From: Calditrichia bacterium | GTDB taxonomy: Bacteria; Calditrichota; Calditrichia; RBG-13-44-9; J075 | Length of the DNA: 64,000 nucleotides | Assembly (NCBI GenBank): GCA_050633245.1 | Contig: JBOEGD010000010.1 | Span: forward strand, 32,001 to 96,000 | Direction of reading: 5' to 3' | Part shown: one piece after another, positions 30,072-41,181 of the stretch | Numbering within the stretch: position 1 is the stretch's first letter | How the letters are laid out: each line of letters opens with the position of its first letter | The notes under the pieces: model-generated | What the model was told of the DNA's origin: nothing | What the model saw: the letters and a program-made list of their open reading frames with translations, nothing else | The model's database searches: none | Made by a program: the position numbers and the translations under genes

Positions 30072-30980
30072 CTATTTCAGTACGTCTTCAATTGTTTTAC
30101 CGGTCAGAATCTGCAGGATTTCCTGATACTTCTTCGATGTGTTCATGACGACTTCTTCCGGAAGCGTTGGCGGCGGTGGCGTTTTATCCCAGTCGAGTGT
30201 CTCTAAATAATCGCGGAGATACTGCTTGTCCAAACTAGCCTGCGAACGACCGGTTTCGTAGGTGTCCTGCGGCCAAAAGCGGCTGGAATCCGGCGTTAAC
30301 GCCTCGTCAATCAAAATAATCTCATCACCCAGCATGCCAAACTCAAACTTGGTGTCCGCTATAATAATGCCTTTCGTTAATGCTGCATCTGCGGCGCGGT
30401 TGTAAATTTTCAAACTCAGGTCGCGAACCTTCTCAGAGATCGGACGATCGATAAGCTCACACATTTCATCGAATGTGATGTTCTCATCATGACCTTCTTC
30501 GGCCTTGGTCGATGGCGTAAAAACGGTCTTTGGTAATCGTGAAGACTCTTGCAAGCCTGTCGGAAGCTCCATCTTGTGCAGCGTTCCACTCTTACGATAT
30601 TCCTTCCATCCAGATCCGGCAAGATACCCACGAACGATACATTCTGCAGGCAGTGGCTTGGCTTTATGCACCAGCATTGCACGCCCCTTCAACATATCGA
30701 CATGATTGCAAAACGGCTCGGGAAAAGAAGCCACATCATCAGTGACGAAGTGATTCTTTACAAGATCTGTAGACTGCGAAAACCAAAATTTCGAGATTTG
30801 CGTCAGCACGATACCCTTTGCCGGAATTCCCTGCGCCATTACAACATCAAATGCAGAGATGCGGTCGCTGGTGACAATTACCAGATGATCACCGGCATCA
30901 TAAATATCGCGAACTTTGCCGCGATTAAGGAGCGTTGCTCCCGGAATAGAGCTATTTAATAGCGGAGCTGGATTCATCAT
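30072..30980 (-). CDS. purC: SAICAR synthase
   Basis: [23 protein letters not shown] and [12 protein letters not shown]. Confidence 0.96.
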   Translation of the reverse strand: MMNPAPLLNSSIPGATLLNRGKVRDIYDAGDHLVIVTSDRISAFDVVMAQGIPAKGIVLTQISKFWFSQSTDLVKNHFVTDDVASFPEPFCNHVDMLKGRAMLVHKAKPLPAECIVRGYLAGSGWKEYRKSGTLHKMELPTGLQESSRLPKTVFTPSTKAEEGHDENITFDEMCELIDRPISEKVRDLSLKIYNRAADAALTKGIIIADTKFEFGMLGDEIILIDEALTPDSSRFWPQDTYETGRSQASLDKQYLRDYLETLDWDKTPPPPTLPEEVVMNTSKKYQEILQILTGKTIEDVLK

Positions 30981-30988
30981 GAATCTCC

Positions 30989-31621
30989 CTAACTGCTTTT
31001 TTGTAGAATTTTACTTTCCTCTCCCTTCAACAAACGCTGAACATTTGCACGATGCGTAAAAATTATCAGCGCCGGAATAAAGAGGCTTAATAGTTGAAGT
31101 TGCAAGGGCACATCGATCCCCATAAGAAACTTTTGTCCGAATACAGCCAGCGGCAGGCTTACCGAGGCCAGAATAGAACCAAGCGAAACATAGCGGGTAA
31201 TCGCAACGGTAATAACGAACACCAGTATAGCAATAATTACTGCTTTCGGCAGAAGTCCGATAACCATACCGGCTCCGGTACCAACGCCCTTACCGCCTTT
31301 AAACCCGGCGAAGATGGTCCAAATATGACCAAAGACCGCAGACATGCCAGCAACAATCTGCATGTTCACGGGTTCCCAGTTCATTCCCTTTAATCCATAT
31401 TCATAAAGCAACGCGGTAGGGATGAAACCCTTCATAATATCTATAAAAAGAACAACCGAACCGGCTTTCCAGCCGAGCACACGAAACACGTTGGTTGCCC
31501 CTGCATTTCCACTTCCATGCTGTCTGATATCAATTCCTTTTAACAACTTTCCAGCAATAATACTTGTGGGAAATGAACCCATCAGGTAGCTGATTGCAAT
31601 CATTAACAGCAAGTATCCCAT
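30989..31621 (-). CDS. plsY: Glycerol-3-phosphate acyltransferase
   Basis: [16 protein letters not shown] and HRANVQRL. Confidence 0.95.
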   Translation of the reverse strand: MGYLLLMIAISYLMGSFPTSIIAGKLLKGIDIRQHGSGNAGATNVFRVLGWKAGSVVLFIDIMKGFIPTALLYEYGLKGMNWEPVNMQIVAGMSAVFGHIWTIFAGFKGGKGVGTGAGMVIGLLPKAVIIAILVFVITVAITRYVSLGSILASVSLPLAVFGQKFLMGIDVPLQLQLLSLFIPALIIFTHRANVQRLLKGEESKILQKSS

Positions 31622-31649
31622 ACATTCTCCCGGATAAGGTAAATTAAGA

Positions 31650-32651
31650 CTATGAGTTTACCACCCGTCCCATCGGGTAAAACGTTTCACTTCCACTCAG
31701 TTTCAGAAGTGCATTAACCTGATCTTCTGCAACAATGACGATTAATCCGACTCCCAGGTTGAATGTCTGACGCATGTCAGCTTCGGGCACGTTACCGGTT
31801 TTCTCGATAACATCAAATATTGGTAAGACCGGCCAGCTACCCCAACTGATATCCAGCTTCAAGTTGTCGGTTAAAAGACGGCGTGTATTCTTCTCAATTC
31901 CACCGCCGGTAATATGAGAAATACCCTTTACCGCAATGCTCTTACGAATTTCGCCGATTAATGGATAATAATTGCGGTGGATGCGCAGCATCTCTTCCCC
32001 AACGGTCTGTCCGAATTCCGCTAAATGGGTATCGACCTTAAACGCATCGAGCAGCACGTTTCTGGCAAGCGTGTAGCCATTTGTGTGGAGCCCATTACTG
32101 GGAATCCCAACCAGCACATCACCTGCAGCGATGTCGTTTCCGGTAACAATTTGATCCTTTTCGACGATACCGCTTATCGTTCCGCAAATATCGTAATCAC
32201 CGGGTTGATAGAAATCCGGCATCTCAGCCGTTTCTCCACCTAACAATGGAATTCCGGCATCTTTACATGCCGATGCAACACCGCCAACAACTTCTTCGTA
32301 CACACCAGACTCTAACGTGCCACAGGCAAAGTAATCCATAAAGTAAAGCGGGTTCGCGCCACATACTGCAATGTCATTAATACAGTGATTGACTAAATCT
32401 TGTCCAACCGTATTGTGAATCCCGGTTAACATGGCCACCTTCAGCTTTGTGCCAACGCCATCGGTGGATGAAACCAACACCGGCTTTTTGTAGCCTAACT
32501 CGGAAATATCGTAAAATCCGCCAAACAACCCGACACCGGATAAAACCTGCGGTGTATTGGTTGCAGCAATCTGCGTCTTCAAGCGATTTAAAGACTGTTC
32601 AGCCTTCTCGATATCGACACCAGACGACTTGTAAGTATAGGATTTCTTCAT
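31650..32651 (-). CDS. purM: AIR synthase (phosphoribosylformylglycinamidine cyclo-ligase)
   Basis: Y..SGVDI, TDGVGTK, GGETAEMP, SNGLHTNG and HITGGG. Start at MKKSY overlaps the upstream stop. Confidence 0.95.
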   Translation of the reverse strand: MKKSYTYKSSGVDIEKAEQSLNRLKTQIAATNTPQVLSGVGLFGGFYDISELGYKKPVLVSSTDGVGTKLKVAMLTGIHNTVGQDLVNHCINDIAVCGANPLYFMDYFACGTLESGVYEEVVGGVASACKDAGIPLLGGETAEMPDFYQPGDYDICGTISGIVEKDQIVTGNDIAAGDVLVGIPSNGLHTNGYTLARNVLLDAFKVDTHLAEFGQTVGEEMLRIHRNYYPLIGEIRKSIAVKGISHITGGGIEKNTRRLLTDNLKLDISWGSWPVLPIFDVIEKTGNVPEADMRQTFNLGVGLIVIVAEDQVNALLKLSGSETFYPMGRVVNS

Positions 32652-33193
32652 GACTTCTGCTCCAGCATTAATTCTCCTAATTCCCTTAGATAATTCGTTC
32701 GCACCTCTGTAAAAAATGCGATCACATCCGGCTCCCGATAATCCAGATAGGTCCAATCCCTTGGTTGAAAACGGCCATCTCTATAGGCAAGGTGCAGGTC
32801 GCCCCAAATGCCGCGATCCAAATAAATACGATGCGCAAAATTCTTCGTCGTCGCCAGCACCAGTTTGGCAGCCGTGATATACCCCGGGTCGATATTAACT
32901 CTGCGTTTTTCATCCAGTACAAATCGTTGTTCAATTGCATTGGACTGATGTTTGTGTTCTGGAAGTGCATTTAACGGCCAAGGTTGTTGAAAGGCGACCA
33001 TTTTCTTCTTTAGCTTATCGCCCATTTCAGGCGCATAGTAATCGGTATGATGGAATTCAAACCAGTCCATTTCCATCTGAATTGGGGAAAAAGCGGTTTC
33101 AATTGCAGCACGGGCATCGTCCCAAAGAGACAAGTCGCTAACAGATATTGCAGCGATGCCTTTTACTGCCATTGGTGATTTTATTGCGCCCAT
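32648..33193 (-). CDS. DUF4416 family protein
   Basis: TDYY..EMG, RRVNIDPGY, LATTKNFAHRIYL..GI and WTY.DY. Confidence 0.85.
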   Translation of the reverse strand: MGAIKSPMAVKGIAAISVSDLSLWDDARAAIETAFSPIQMEMDWFEFHHTDYYAPEMGDKLKKKMVAFQQPWPLNALPEHKHQSNAIEQRFVLDEKRRVNIDPGYITAAKLVLATTKNFAHRIYLDRGIWGDLHLAYRDGRFQPRDWTYLDYREPDVIAFFTEVRTNYLRELGELMLEQKS

Positions 33194-33211
33194 ATCTACC
33201 CAATCCTTAGC

Positions 33212-33243
33212 AAAAAATTAGCCCCGTCTGGGGACGGGGCTAA
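33212..33243 (-). terminator. Intrinsic terminator after fadD
   Basis: TTAGCCCCGTC/GACGGGGCTAA stem with an A6 tract on +. Confidence 0.75.
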
Positions 33244-33293
33244 GATACAACATTCGGCTAAATGAGCCAAGCTCAATGTAATAATGAAGCGTT

Positions 33294-35084
33294 CTAAGAA
33301 TATAGACTCTCAATTTGATCGGCGTAATTCTTTTCTACCTCTTTGCGCTTGACTTTCAACGATGGCGTTAACTCGCCGCTCTCAATAGAAAAGGGGCGGG
33401 AAATGAGCACAAACTTTTTGATGGATTCGAACGACGCACAGTCCTTATTCACATTTGCCACTTCTCCCTGAACAAGCTTCAGGACATCCGGATTGTTTAC
33501 GAGTTCTTCATGATCGCCATAAGAAATGTTCTTTTCTTTAGCAAACTTTTCGAGCGCCTCGAAATCCGGCACGATTACCGCACTGCAAAACTTGCGTTTA
33601 TCACCAATTACCAGAGACTGTTCAACATAACGCGATGTAACAAGCATGCCTTCCACACGCTGTGGAGCAACATTCTTACCACCTGCGGTAACAATAATAT
33701 TCTTCTTACGGTCGGTGATGATTAACATCCCGTCATCATCAAAATGACCAATATCCCCGGTATGAAACCAGCCTTCCGAATCGATTGCTTCTTTGGTGGC
33801 TTCCGGCTTGTTAAAATAACCTGCCATAACGTGCGGACCCCGTGTAAGGATTTCCCCATCAGCGGCAATTTTAGCCTCAACATTATGAAGTGGCACACCT
33901 ACAGAGCCAAACTTGTATTTTTCCAAGCGATTTACCGAGATTACCGGAGACGTTTCAGACAGTCCATAGCCTTCCAAAATTGTCAAACCGGCCGCGGCAA
34001 AAAACACCCCGATTTCACGAGACAGTGGCGCGCCACCAGAGACGAAAAAACGAATCTTGCCCCCTACCCTGTCGATCAACTTTGAGAATACCAGTTTATG
34101 TGCCAGGCCAGCCTTTATACCCAGCAAACCGGGAAGCGGCTTATTTTGCTGACGATACTCCAGGGACTCGCGTCCGACACCCACCGCCCAGTTAAAGATT
34201 TTCTTCTTAAGCGGAGATCCGCTCTCCACGCCATCGAGAACCTTTGCATAGATTTTCTCGAAAATACGCGGCACGCTTGCCATGATGGTTGGGCGAATTT
34301 CGCCGAGATTATCAGTTAACTTTTCAATAGACTCGGCATAGGCAATGGTTACACCGGCATGGTTTGCCAGGAAGTGGCCGGTCATGCGCTCAAAAATGTG
34401 CGAAAGCGGCAGGAAAGAAAGCATGGTATCGCTTTCATCAACGGACAGTGCGGACAAACCGCCTTCAATATTTGATAGCAAATTGCCATGCGTCAGCATT
34501 ACGCCTTTCGGCTCGCCGGTTGTTCCTGAAGTATAGATAAAGATAGATAAATCGTCGCGTGTCAATGCCTGCCAACGCGTCGAAAGTTCACCGGGGTTTG
34601 CTGCACCATAGGTTTTGCCCTGTTCAATCAGATCAGCGATGCTGGTAACATTATCTCCACTGACATCGGTCGGGTCGATCATTATAATCTTTTGCAAACC
34701 GGTAATGGAATCCTTTATGGCCATCAGCTTGTCGTACTGTTCCTTATTCTCAACAATAATAAAGCGGGAACCACAGTCATTGATAATATAGGATATCTGA
34801 GATGGTAACAATGTGGGATAGATAGCAACTGAAACGCCACCATTGGCGATAATTGCGTAATCGGCAAAGGCCCAAAGGTAGCTGTTATGAGAGAGAATAT
34901 TAACCTTTTCGCCCTTTTCAATGCCCAGGCTGGCAAATCCATTTGCTAAATCAACTACTTGCGTTTTCATATCCTTAAAGAGGATATCGTTCCAGCCCTT
35001 TTCATCTTTATGCTTCATACCGACCTTGTCGGCGTATTTGTCACAGGATTTGAAAAACATCTCAGCTAAGCTGGCATAGCCCAT
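33294..35084 (-). CDS. fadD: Long-chain-fatty-acid--CoA ligase
   Basis: YTSGTTGEPKG, EGYGLSET and GWFHTGDIG. Confidence 0.92.
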   Translation of the reverse strand: MGYASLAEMFFKSCDKYADKVGMKHKDEKGWNDILFKDMKTQVVDLANGFASLGIEKGEKVNILSHNSYLWAFADYAIIANGGVSVAIYPTLLPSQISYIINDCGSRFIIVENKEQYDKLMAIKDSITGLQKIIMIDPTDVSGDNVTSIADLIEQGKTYGAANPGELSTRWQALTRDDLSIFIYTSGTTGEPKGVMLTHGNLLSNIEGGLSALSVDESDTMLSFLPLSHIFERMTGHFLANHAGVTIAYAESIEKLTDNLGEIRPTIMASVPRIFEKIYAKVLDGVESGSPLKKKIFNWAVGVGRESLEYRQQNKPLPGLLGIKAGLAHKLVFSKLIDRVGGKIRFFVSGGAPLSREIGVFFAAAGLTILEGYGLSETSPVISVNRLEKYKFGSVGVPLHNVEAKIAADGEILTRGPHVMAGYFNKPEATKEAIDSEGWFHTGDIGHFDDDGMLIITDRKKNIIVTAGGKNVAPQRVEGMLVTSRYVEQSLVIGDKRKFCSAVIVPDFEALEKFAKEKNISYGDHEELVNNPDVLKLVQGEVANVNKDCASFESIKKFVLISRPFSIESGELTPSLKVKRKEVEKNYADQIESLYS

Positions 35085-35182
35085 AAACAGACCCCCATAA
35101 GTAATGCTGCTTTTTTGCAGCGAATGAAATAGCGTACTAATGCTTCATCACTTCCCAGAAAGTCTCGACAAAGCACTCCAAC

Positions 35183-35213
35183 AAAGAGCCGGAACCGCGG
35201 TTACTGTTCCGGC
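35183..35213 (-). terminator. Probable terminator after the M28 peptidase
   Basis: GCCGGAAC...GTTCCGGC stem with TCTTT on -. Confidence 0.5.
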
Positions 35214-35222
35214 CAGTCAAAT

Positions 35223-36887
35223 CTATTTGGCAGCGGACATATCGGCATCACGCTTGGCCTTAAATTCGGTGCCTTCTTTCCAATTTGGAAAGGTCGATTC
35301 CATACTGATCATCTGTCCCACCTGGAACATCAGGCGAATATCATCCACTGCACCAGACAAATCCCATTCTTCAGTATACTCATCAGTCACTTTATGATAG
35401 GTATTTGATGTCCAGTCTTTTTTCTTCTCGGTTGTCCATTCTTCGCCGTGCTCTACGTGATCGATGCCCATTTTAGTATAGAGCGCCGGAATTCCCTGCT
35501 TGGCAAAGGAGAAGTGATCGGAACGATAAAAGATACCTTTCTCCGGATCGGGATCAGGGCGAATATAGCGGTTTTGCTTCTTCGCTACCGCGTAGACATA
35601 CTCATCGAGCTCTGAGTTTCCTTCACCCACGATTGTTATGTCCTTCATTTTCCCAAAGATGTTCAGCGCATCCATATTAAGGGCAGCTGCGGTCTTTGTA
35701 ATCGGAAAAATCGGGTTTGCTGCATAGTAGGCCGATCCGATGAGCCCTTGCTCTTCGGCAGTAACAGCCAGGAAAACAATGGAGCGGCGGGGTGCGGTCG
35801 GGAGCTTGGTGAATGCTTCAGCCAGCTCAATGAGCGCTGCCGTTCCGGTGGCATTGTCTGCTGCACCATTAAAAATATTGTCGCCACTCATGTTTGGGTT
35901 CACCCCAAAGTGATCCCAATGAGCGCTGTAAATAATGTATTCATCTTTTAAGTCTGTTCCCGGAAGCAGCGCAAGAACGTTACGAGAAGTAGAGCTTTCT
36001 ATTTCATTGCGGATCGTCATGGAGTAGGTTAATCCCATTGGCTTGGCCTTAAACCCAGGCTTTAAAGCTGCGGCAGTCATAGCAGCATAATCCATTCCCG
36101 CTGCGGAGAAGATTTCGCGTATTGCAACAGCAGAAACCCAACCTTCGAGAGGACAGCGCGACATATTTTTGTCGGCAGCTTCCATATAGAACTGCGGTCC
36201 GGTCCATCCACCGCGAACAACCGCCCACGGGTAACCTGCCGGAGCCGTTTCATGGATCACAATAACACCGGTAGCTCCCTGACGCGCAGCTTCTTCATAT
36301 TTGTAGGTCCAACGACCGTAGTAGGTCATCGTGCGTCCGTTAAACATCGTGCTGTCTTTGGTTGCAAAGCCGGGGTCATTCACCATTACAATTACGGTTT
36401 TGCCCTTTACATCCAGACCTTCATAGTCATTCCAGCCATATTCGGGAGCAACCACGCCAAAACCGGCGAAAACCAGTTCTGATTCTTCAATCTTCACTTC
36501 ATCCTGCACCTGCCGGGTAAGCGCTACAAAATCTTTTCGCAACTTTAAGTTTACATCTTTACTGCCACCGGCAATTGCCATCGTTTCGGTAGGATACGGC
36601 GTCACTTTCACCAGAGATACGTTCTGGAAAAAACTGTTTCCATTGCCCGGCTTAAGACCGAGGTCTTCAAACTTGGATTTCAAAAAGTTTACGGTCTTTT
36701 CTTCGCCTGGAGAAGAAGGAGAACGTCCTTCAAATTCATCAGATGCCAGCACCTTAATATTTTCGGTGTAACCATCGACATCAATACTGTTAATAGCAGT
36801 GCTCAGATCGACGCCTTTCTCGTTGCACGAGACAACAACAAAAGTTGCAAAGCATAAAAGTGCTGCAGCTAAAAATCTGTTCATCAT
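35223..36887 (-). CDS. M28 family peptidase lipoprotein with PA domain
   Basis: Lipobox VVSC; SAHWDH, GAADNATG, AEEQGL, RSDHFSF and YH. Confidence 0.9.
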   Translation of the reverse strand: MMNRFLAAALLCFATFVVVSCNEKGVDLSTAINSIDVDGYTENIKVLASDEFEGRSPSSPGEEKTVNFLKSKFEDLGLKPGNGNSFFQNVSLVKVTPYPTETMAIAGGSKDVNLKLRKDFVALTRQVQDEVKIEESELVFAGFGVVAPEYGWNDYEGLDVKGKTVIVMVNDPGFATKDSTMFNGRTMTYYGRWTYKYEEAARQGATGVIVIHETAPAGYPWAVVRGGWTGPQFYMEAADKNMSRCPLEGWVSAVAIREIFSAAGMDYAAMTAAALKPGFKAKPMGLTYSMTIRNEIESSTSRNVLALLPGTDLKDEYIIYSAHWDHFGVNPNMSGDNIFNGAADNATGTAALIELAEAFTKLPTAPRRSIVFLAVTAEEQGLIGSAYYAANPIFPITKTAAALNMDALNIFGKMKDITIVGEGNSELDEYVYAVAKKQNRYIRPDPDPEKGIFYRSDHFSFAKQGIPALYTKMGIDHVEHGEEWTTEKKKDWTSNTYHKVTDEYTEEWDLSGAVDDIRLMFQVGQMISMESTFPNWKEGTEFKAKRDADMSAAK

Positions 36888-36937
36888 GTATAGCCTCTTT
36901 TACTAGATTTATTTGACGAGAGTGATTTTGCTGAAAG

Positions 36938-37402
36938 TTACTTAAAACCAGCCAATTTTTGAATTATTTTCCATTCTTTTTCGCTGACCGGTTGCACAGA
37001 CAGTCTGCTTCCCTTACGCAACAGAACCATTTCTTCCAATCCCGGCACCTCGCGCAGCTGGTCCAGCGTAACGATTTGCGGAAATGCTTCAACGGCTTGA
37101 ATATCGACCATCTCCCAACGTGGATTGTCTTCTTTGCTTTTGGGGTCAAAGTAGTTCGACTCAGGGTCGAATTGCGTGTGGTCGGGGTAGGTCTCTTTTA
37201 CAACACGGGCAATTCCTACAATACAAGGAGGCTTTACAACGCTGTGATAAAAAAAGACCTGATCGTCAATTTTCATTTCGCGCATAAAATTGCGAGCCTG
37301 ATAGTTGCGAATTCCATCCCAATGTTCGGTTTTATCTTTTTCGTTATTCAAATCATCCCAGGAATAGGTATTTGGCTCTGTCTTCATTAGCCAATACTTC
37401 AT
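36938..37402 (-). CDS. EVE domain protein
   Basis: YWLMKTEP, WDGIRNYQARN, FFYHS and RLSVQPV. Confidence 0.93.
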   Translation of the reverse strand: MKYWLMKTEPNTYSWDDLNNEKDKTEHWDGIRNYQARNFMREMKIDDQVFFYHSVVKPPCIVGIARVVKETYPDHTQFDPESNYFDPKSKEDNPRWEMVDIQAVEAFPQIVTLDQLREVPGLEEMVLLRKGSRLSVQPVSEKEWKIIQKLAGFK

Positions 37403-37518
37403 AAGCGTTGATCTCCGTTTCTATGATTAAAGGTTGTAGGATAAAAAGGTATGTAAATTTTGGATAGTTTTTCGTGCGGTTTCAAGAAGCCCGCTGCGAA
37501 ACAGCGGGCAAGTCAATA

Positions 37519-39237
37519 TTAGGGCACCTGAACAAAGACGATTCGACTGCCGTCTCCGGTAATACCGGGTCGTACAGAAAAGGTAAGCTTTAGCATATCG
37601 CCAGAGCTGGATCCCTTTAGTATCTGCTCAAATTGTTCAATAGAATTGATCATCCTATCATTCACCAACTTAAGCAGAATGGGTGCCTGAATTCCCGCCT
37701 GATCGGCAGGACTGCCCGTTTTTACGTCAGCAATCAGGATGCCTTCCGGTAGTCCAAAGCCGGTAGAGTCACGCTCGCTAAGACCTCTAAATGTAAAGCC
37801 AAGATTTTCGAATTTTACTTTGGGCTCGGCATCCAATTGATTCTGGGCCTGAACATTTGGCGCCTCAGCTAACTCAATATCAACCTGAAATGATTTTCGA
37901 TCCCTTAGAATGGTCAGCTTTACAATCTCACCGGGGGAATGTTGAGCAATCTTAATCTGCAGGTCATTCACTGAAACCACTTCCATTCCATCGACCTGTA
38001 AAATAACGTCACCCTGCCGCAGACCTTTTTCTACTGCCGGAAACCCTGGTTGGACACCCTGTATCAGTGCGCCATAAGGGCGGTCGAGACCAAGCGCTTT
38101 TGCAACGCGATCATCAACCTTCTCGATTGTTACTCCGAGTAAGGCTCGACGCGTGTAACCAAATTCAATGATATCGTTAACAACTTTTTTTGCCAGATTA
38201 ATGGGAATAGCAAATCCATACCCCTGATAGAGTCCCGTTCGCGTTGCTATCGCCGTGTTGATGCCTATTACCTCGCCGTGCAAATTAACTAAAGCGCCAC
38301 CGCTATTACCAGGATTAATAACCGCGTCGGTTTGTATAAAGTTCTCTATTCGATAGGTGTCGTTAATAATGCGAATGTCGCGTCCAAGGGCACTGACAAT
38401 ACCGGCAGTAACAGTAGATGTAAAGTTGAGAGGATTTCCAACCGCCATAACCCACTCACCAATTTGCACCGTATCGGAATTGCCTATAAAGGCAGAAGGC
38501 AGGTTTTCACCGGTAATTCGCAAAACTGCAACATCGGTGCTTTGATCCTTACCAACCAATTCGGCATCAAATTCGCGCTTATCGTAAAGCGTTACACGCA
38601 GCTTGCTGGCAGACTCAACGACATGGTGATTGGTCATTATATAGCCTTTATCGCTGATGATAATGCCGGAACCCGATCCGGGTTGGTAGACATCATCCTG
38701 CTCCTCTTCCTTTTCACCCCAGAAAGGGTGGAAGAAATTCTCCGAGCTGCTGACGCGACGGGTACTCTGAATAGCCACAACAGCGGGTAAAATGCGCTTG
38801 GCGGCGGTAATAAAAACTTTATTGGGATTTCCCAAAGCGGGCGTTTTTCCGCCGACGGGTGGGTGGATTTCTTTTTTAACCAGCGGCACTTCGCGCCATT
38901 GCAGAGAGTCTTTTGCGCTTTCGTTGCTCAGTAAGGCAGTTGCTTTTTCTTTGATACTGCGGCTGACCGGATTGTCACCAAATATATCAGCATCCATCCG
39001 TTGAGGCCTATCAGAAATGCTATCTGCGACCGGAGATTCATTTTGCTGAGCCGTGGCAGGATCTTCGGCAGGTGGTTCAAAATAATTTGAGGGTGGTTCA
39101 ACTTGAGGGCGGGTTTCAACAGAAACCATATTATTCGTATTATTATCAGCGGAGATGCTAACAATATAGGTAACACAAAACATGACTCCAACGCCACCAA
39201 GCACAACAGCCAATTTTTTCAAAGCATCCATGTTCAA
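37519..39237 (-). CDS. degP: Do/DegP family serine protease with PDZ domains
   Basis: TNHHVV, DVAVL and INPGNSGG triad motifs; two PDZ domains; N-terminal TM. Confidence 0.92.
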   Translation of the reverse strand: MNMDALKKLAVVLGGVGVMFCVTYIVSISADNNTNNMVSVETRPQVEPPSNYFEPPAEDPATAQQNESPVADSISDRPQRMDADIFGDNPVSRSIKEKATALLSNESAKDSLQWREVPLVKKEIHPPVGGKTPALGNPNKVFITAAKRILPAVVAIQSTRRVSSSENFFHPFWGEKEEEQDDVYQPGSGSGIIISDKGYIMTNHHVVESASKLRVTLYDKREFDAELVGKDQSTDVAVLRITGENLPSAFIGNSDTVQIGEWVMAVGNPLNFTSTVTAGIVSALGRDIRIINDTYRIENFIQTDAVINPGNSGGALVNLHGEVIGINTAIATRTGLYQGYGFAIPINLAKKVVNDIIEFGYTRRALLGVTIEKVDDRVAKALGLDRPYGALIQGVQPGFPAVEKGLRQGDVILQVDGMEVVSVNDLQIKIAQHSPGEIVKLTILRDRKSFQVDIELAEAPNVQAQNQLDAEPKVKFENLGFTFRGLSERDSTGFGLPEGILIADVKTGSPADQAGIQAPILLKLVNDRMINSIEQFEQILKGSSSGDMLKLTFSVRPGITGDGSRIVFVQVP

Positions 39238-39383
39238 TTTTCCGTTTTTGTTGGCTTCTCCCCTCTTTTCACCCCATCAGGCTAAAGATAATCTAAACTA
39301 TTGTCCAGCGATTTGCAAAAGGAAAAATGCCTGAAATATTTAAACTTGCGTGCGCTAAGGTGAACTCGTAAGTTTGCCAGAGT

Positions 39384-39878
39384 ATGAAAAAGCAAATTGT
39401 TATCGACGGTTACAATCTCTTGCGCAGCAGCGCTTACCCGCTCGCGCAAAAACTCGATCTGGAAGAACAGCGTAATGAGCTGATCAGACAGCTTCAAACG
39501 TATTCGGCAAAGCGCGGTGAGAAGATCGTTTTGGTATTCGATAACTCTAGTGGTTCTATGCATCAAAAGAGCCACGGTTCCCTTCTCCACATCATCTACA
39601 GTGCCGCCTCACAAGAAGCAGATGATGTAATCCAGGCACTAATTCGCAAATCGAGCAATGCGCGTTCTATGATCATCGTCAGCAGCGATCGCGCCATTCG
39701 CCATACCGCGAAGGATCACGGTGCGATGTCTATGCGAAGCGAATCATTTTGTGCAGACCTCCTTTCCTCAGACGAATCGACAACAACATACTCTACGGAA
39801 ACCCCTCAGGATGAAGACCTCTCTGCGGATGAAGTCGCCTATTGGAAGCGACTTTTTGAAGAGGGGAAAGATGAATAA
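39384..39878 (+). CDS. NYN (YacP/Rae1-like) domain ribonuclease
   Basis: IDGYNL, VFD, ADDVI and VSSD. Confidence 0.85.
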   Translation: MKKQIVIDGYNLLRSSAYPLAQKLDLEEQRNELIRQLQTYSAKRGEKIVLVFDNSSGSMHQKSHGSLLHIIYSAASQEADDVIQALIRKSSNARSMIIVSSDRAIRHTAKDHGAMSMRSESFCADLLSSDESTTTYSTETPQDEDLSADEVAYWKRLFEEGKDE

Positions 39879-41181
39879 GGGCTCAATATTATCTCGTAAG
39901 TGGGCAATATATGCCTTACTGATAGTCGGTATCTTAACACTAATTGTCCTGAATTTCTGGGGTTGGTTCTTCATTCGTAGCGTAGAAGACCGCATTGCAG
40001 TTCAGCTTCAACAACAGTTAGAGCAAACTGCAGATTTCTACGCGCGAGATATAGGTGCTCGTTATCTGGAGATGAACATCAGCACTCTCTCACCTCTCGA
40101 GGAACCACTGAATACCAGCTTACCAATTGCACTGTACGACTATAAACGGCAGGCAAACTTACAGTCAATTTTTTTAGTATCTCTCGACCAGCGCTTCTCA
40201 ATTGATGAGAATCTGTCAGCTTCCGAGGGCAATCCCCTTTCCTCATTTCCGATAAACGATTCGCTATTCGCCATGGCCACGGTTGGAGAACCGGCAAGTG
40301 TCGAACTGGTTGAACTAACGGGAGAGTATTTCCTGACTGCCTATGCACCGGTATTCAACGAGTTTGATGAGATAACCGCAATATTGGTATTGGAAGCCCC
40401 GGCAACACTATTCAACACACTACAGTTTTTCCGTCGCAATCTGGCCTTGCTTGGCTTTGCAGGCTTCGCACTAATCATTCTGTTTGCCGGGATTATATTA
40501 CTAGCCATTCGCAAACTGTTCGAGATTGAAGCACAGTTAACAGCACAATCCCGACTCGCTCATCTCGGACAAATGGCTGCAATGGTTGCTCATGAAATAC
40601 GCAATCCGCTGAGCATTATAAAGGGCTCTGCCGATGTGCTGCGTAAAAAATACTCCAACACAAAAGATGAGTTATTCGACTTTATTCCGGATGAGATCGA
40701 CCGGCTCAACCGACTGGTTAGTGACTTTCTGCAGTTTGCTCGCAAACGAGATCCGGAACTATTTGACGTTGAACCAGCGCCACTTATCTCATCATTAATA
40801 GACCAAATGAAGGATGGGCGAATACGGTTTGAATGTGAAAGCGAAGCGCAGTTGAAGTTAGACCCTGATGCGTTCCGACAGATCATGTTAAACATTATCG
40901 AAAATGCGAGGCAAGCTATTGATAAGGATGGAAGCGTTCGCATTTCCTGTAGCGAGCGCAAACGACCTGCGATTTATCAAATTGCGGTAGTTGATGATGG
41001 CAAAGGCATGAATGAGCAAACATTGCAACAGGTATTCGATCCCTTCTTTAGTACCCGCGCCACCGGAAGCGGATTGGGCATGGCAATAACGAAGCAGCTC
41101 GTAGAGCAGATGTCGGGTAGTATCTCGGTGAGCAGCAAACCGGGAAAAGGCACTACCGTTCAGCTGGATTTCCCACGATGA
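39871..41181 (+). CDS. Membrane sensor histidine kinase (no adjacent response regulator)
   Basis: Two TMs, AHEIRNPL, NIIENA, DDGKGM, FDPFFST and GSGLG. ATG 39871 overlaps the NYN stop. Confidence 0.9.
   Translation: MNKGSILSRKWAIYALLIVGILTLIVLNFWGWFFIRSVEDRIAVQLQQQLEQTADFYARDIGARYLEMNISTLSPLEEPLNTSLPIALYDYKRQANLQSIFLVSLDQRFSIDENLSASEGNPLSSFPINDSLFAMATVGEPASVELVELTGEYFLTAYAPVFNEFDEITAILVLEAPATLFNTLQFFRRNLALLGFAGFALIILFAGIILLAIRKLFEIEAQLTAQSRLAHLGQMAAMVAHEIRNPLSIIKGSADVLRKKYSNTKDELFDFIPDEIDRLNRLVSDFLQFARKRDPELFDVEPAPLISSLIDQMKDGRIRFECESEAQLKLDPDAFRQIMLNIIENARQAIDKDGSVRISCSERKRPAIYQIAVVDDGKGMNEQTLQQVFDPFFSTRATGSGLGMAITKQLVEQMSGSISVSSKPGKGTTVQLDFPR

Noticed and set aside
36938-37402. EVE protein as part of a modification-dependent defence system
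   Set aside because: It is a stand-alone EVE among housekeeping genes with no nuclease or toxin partner.
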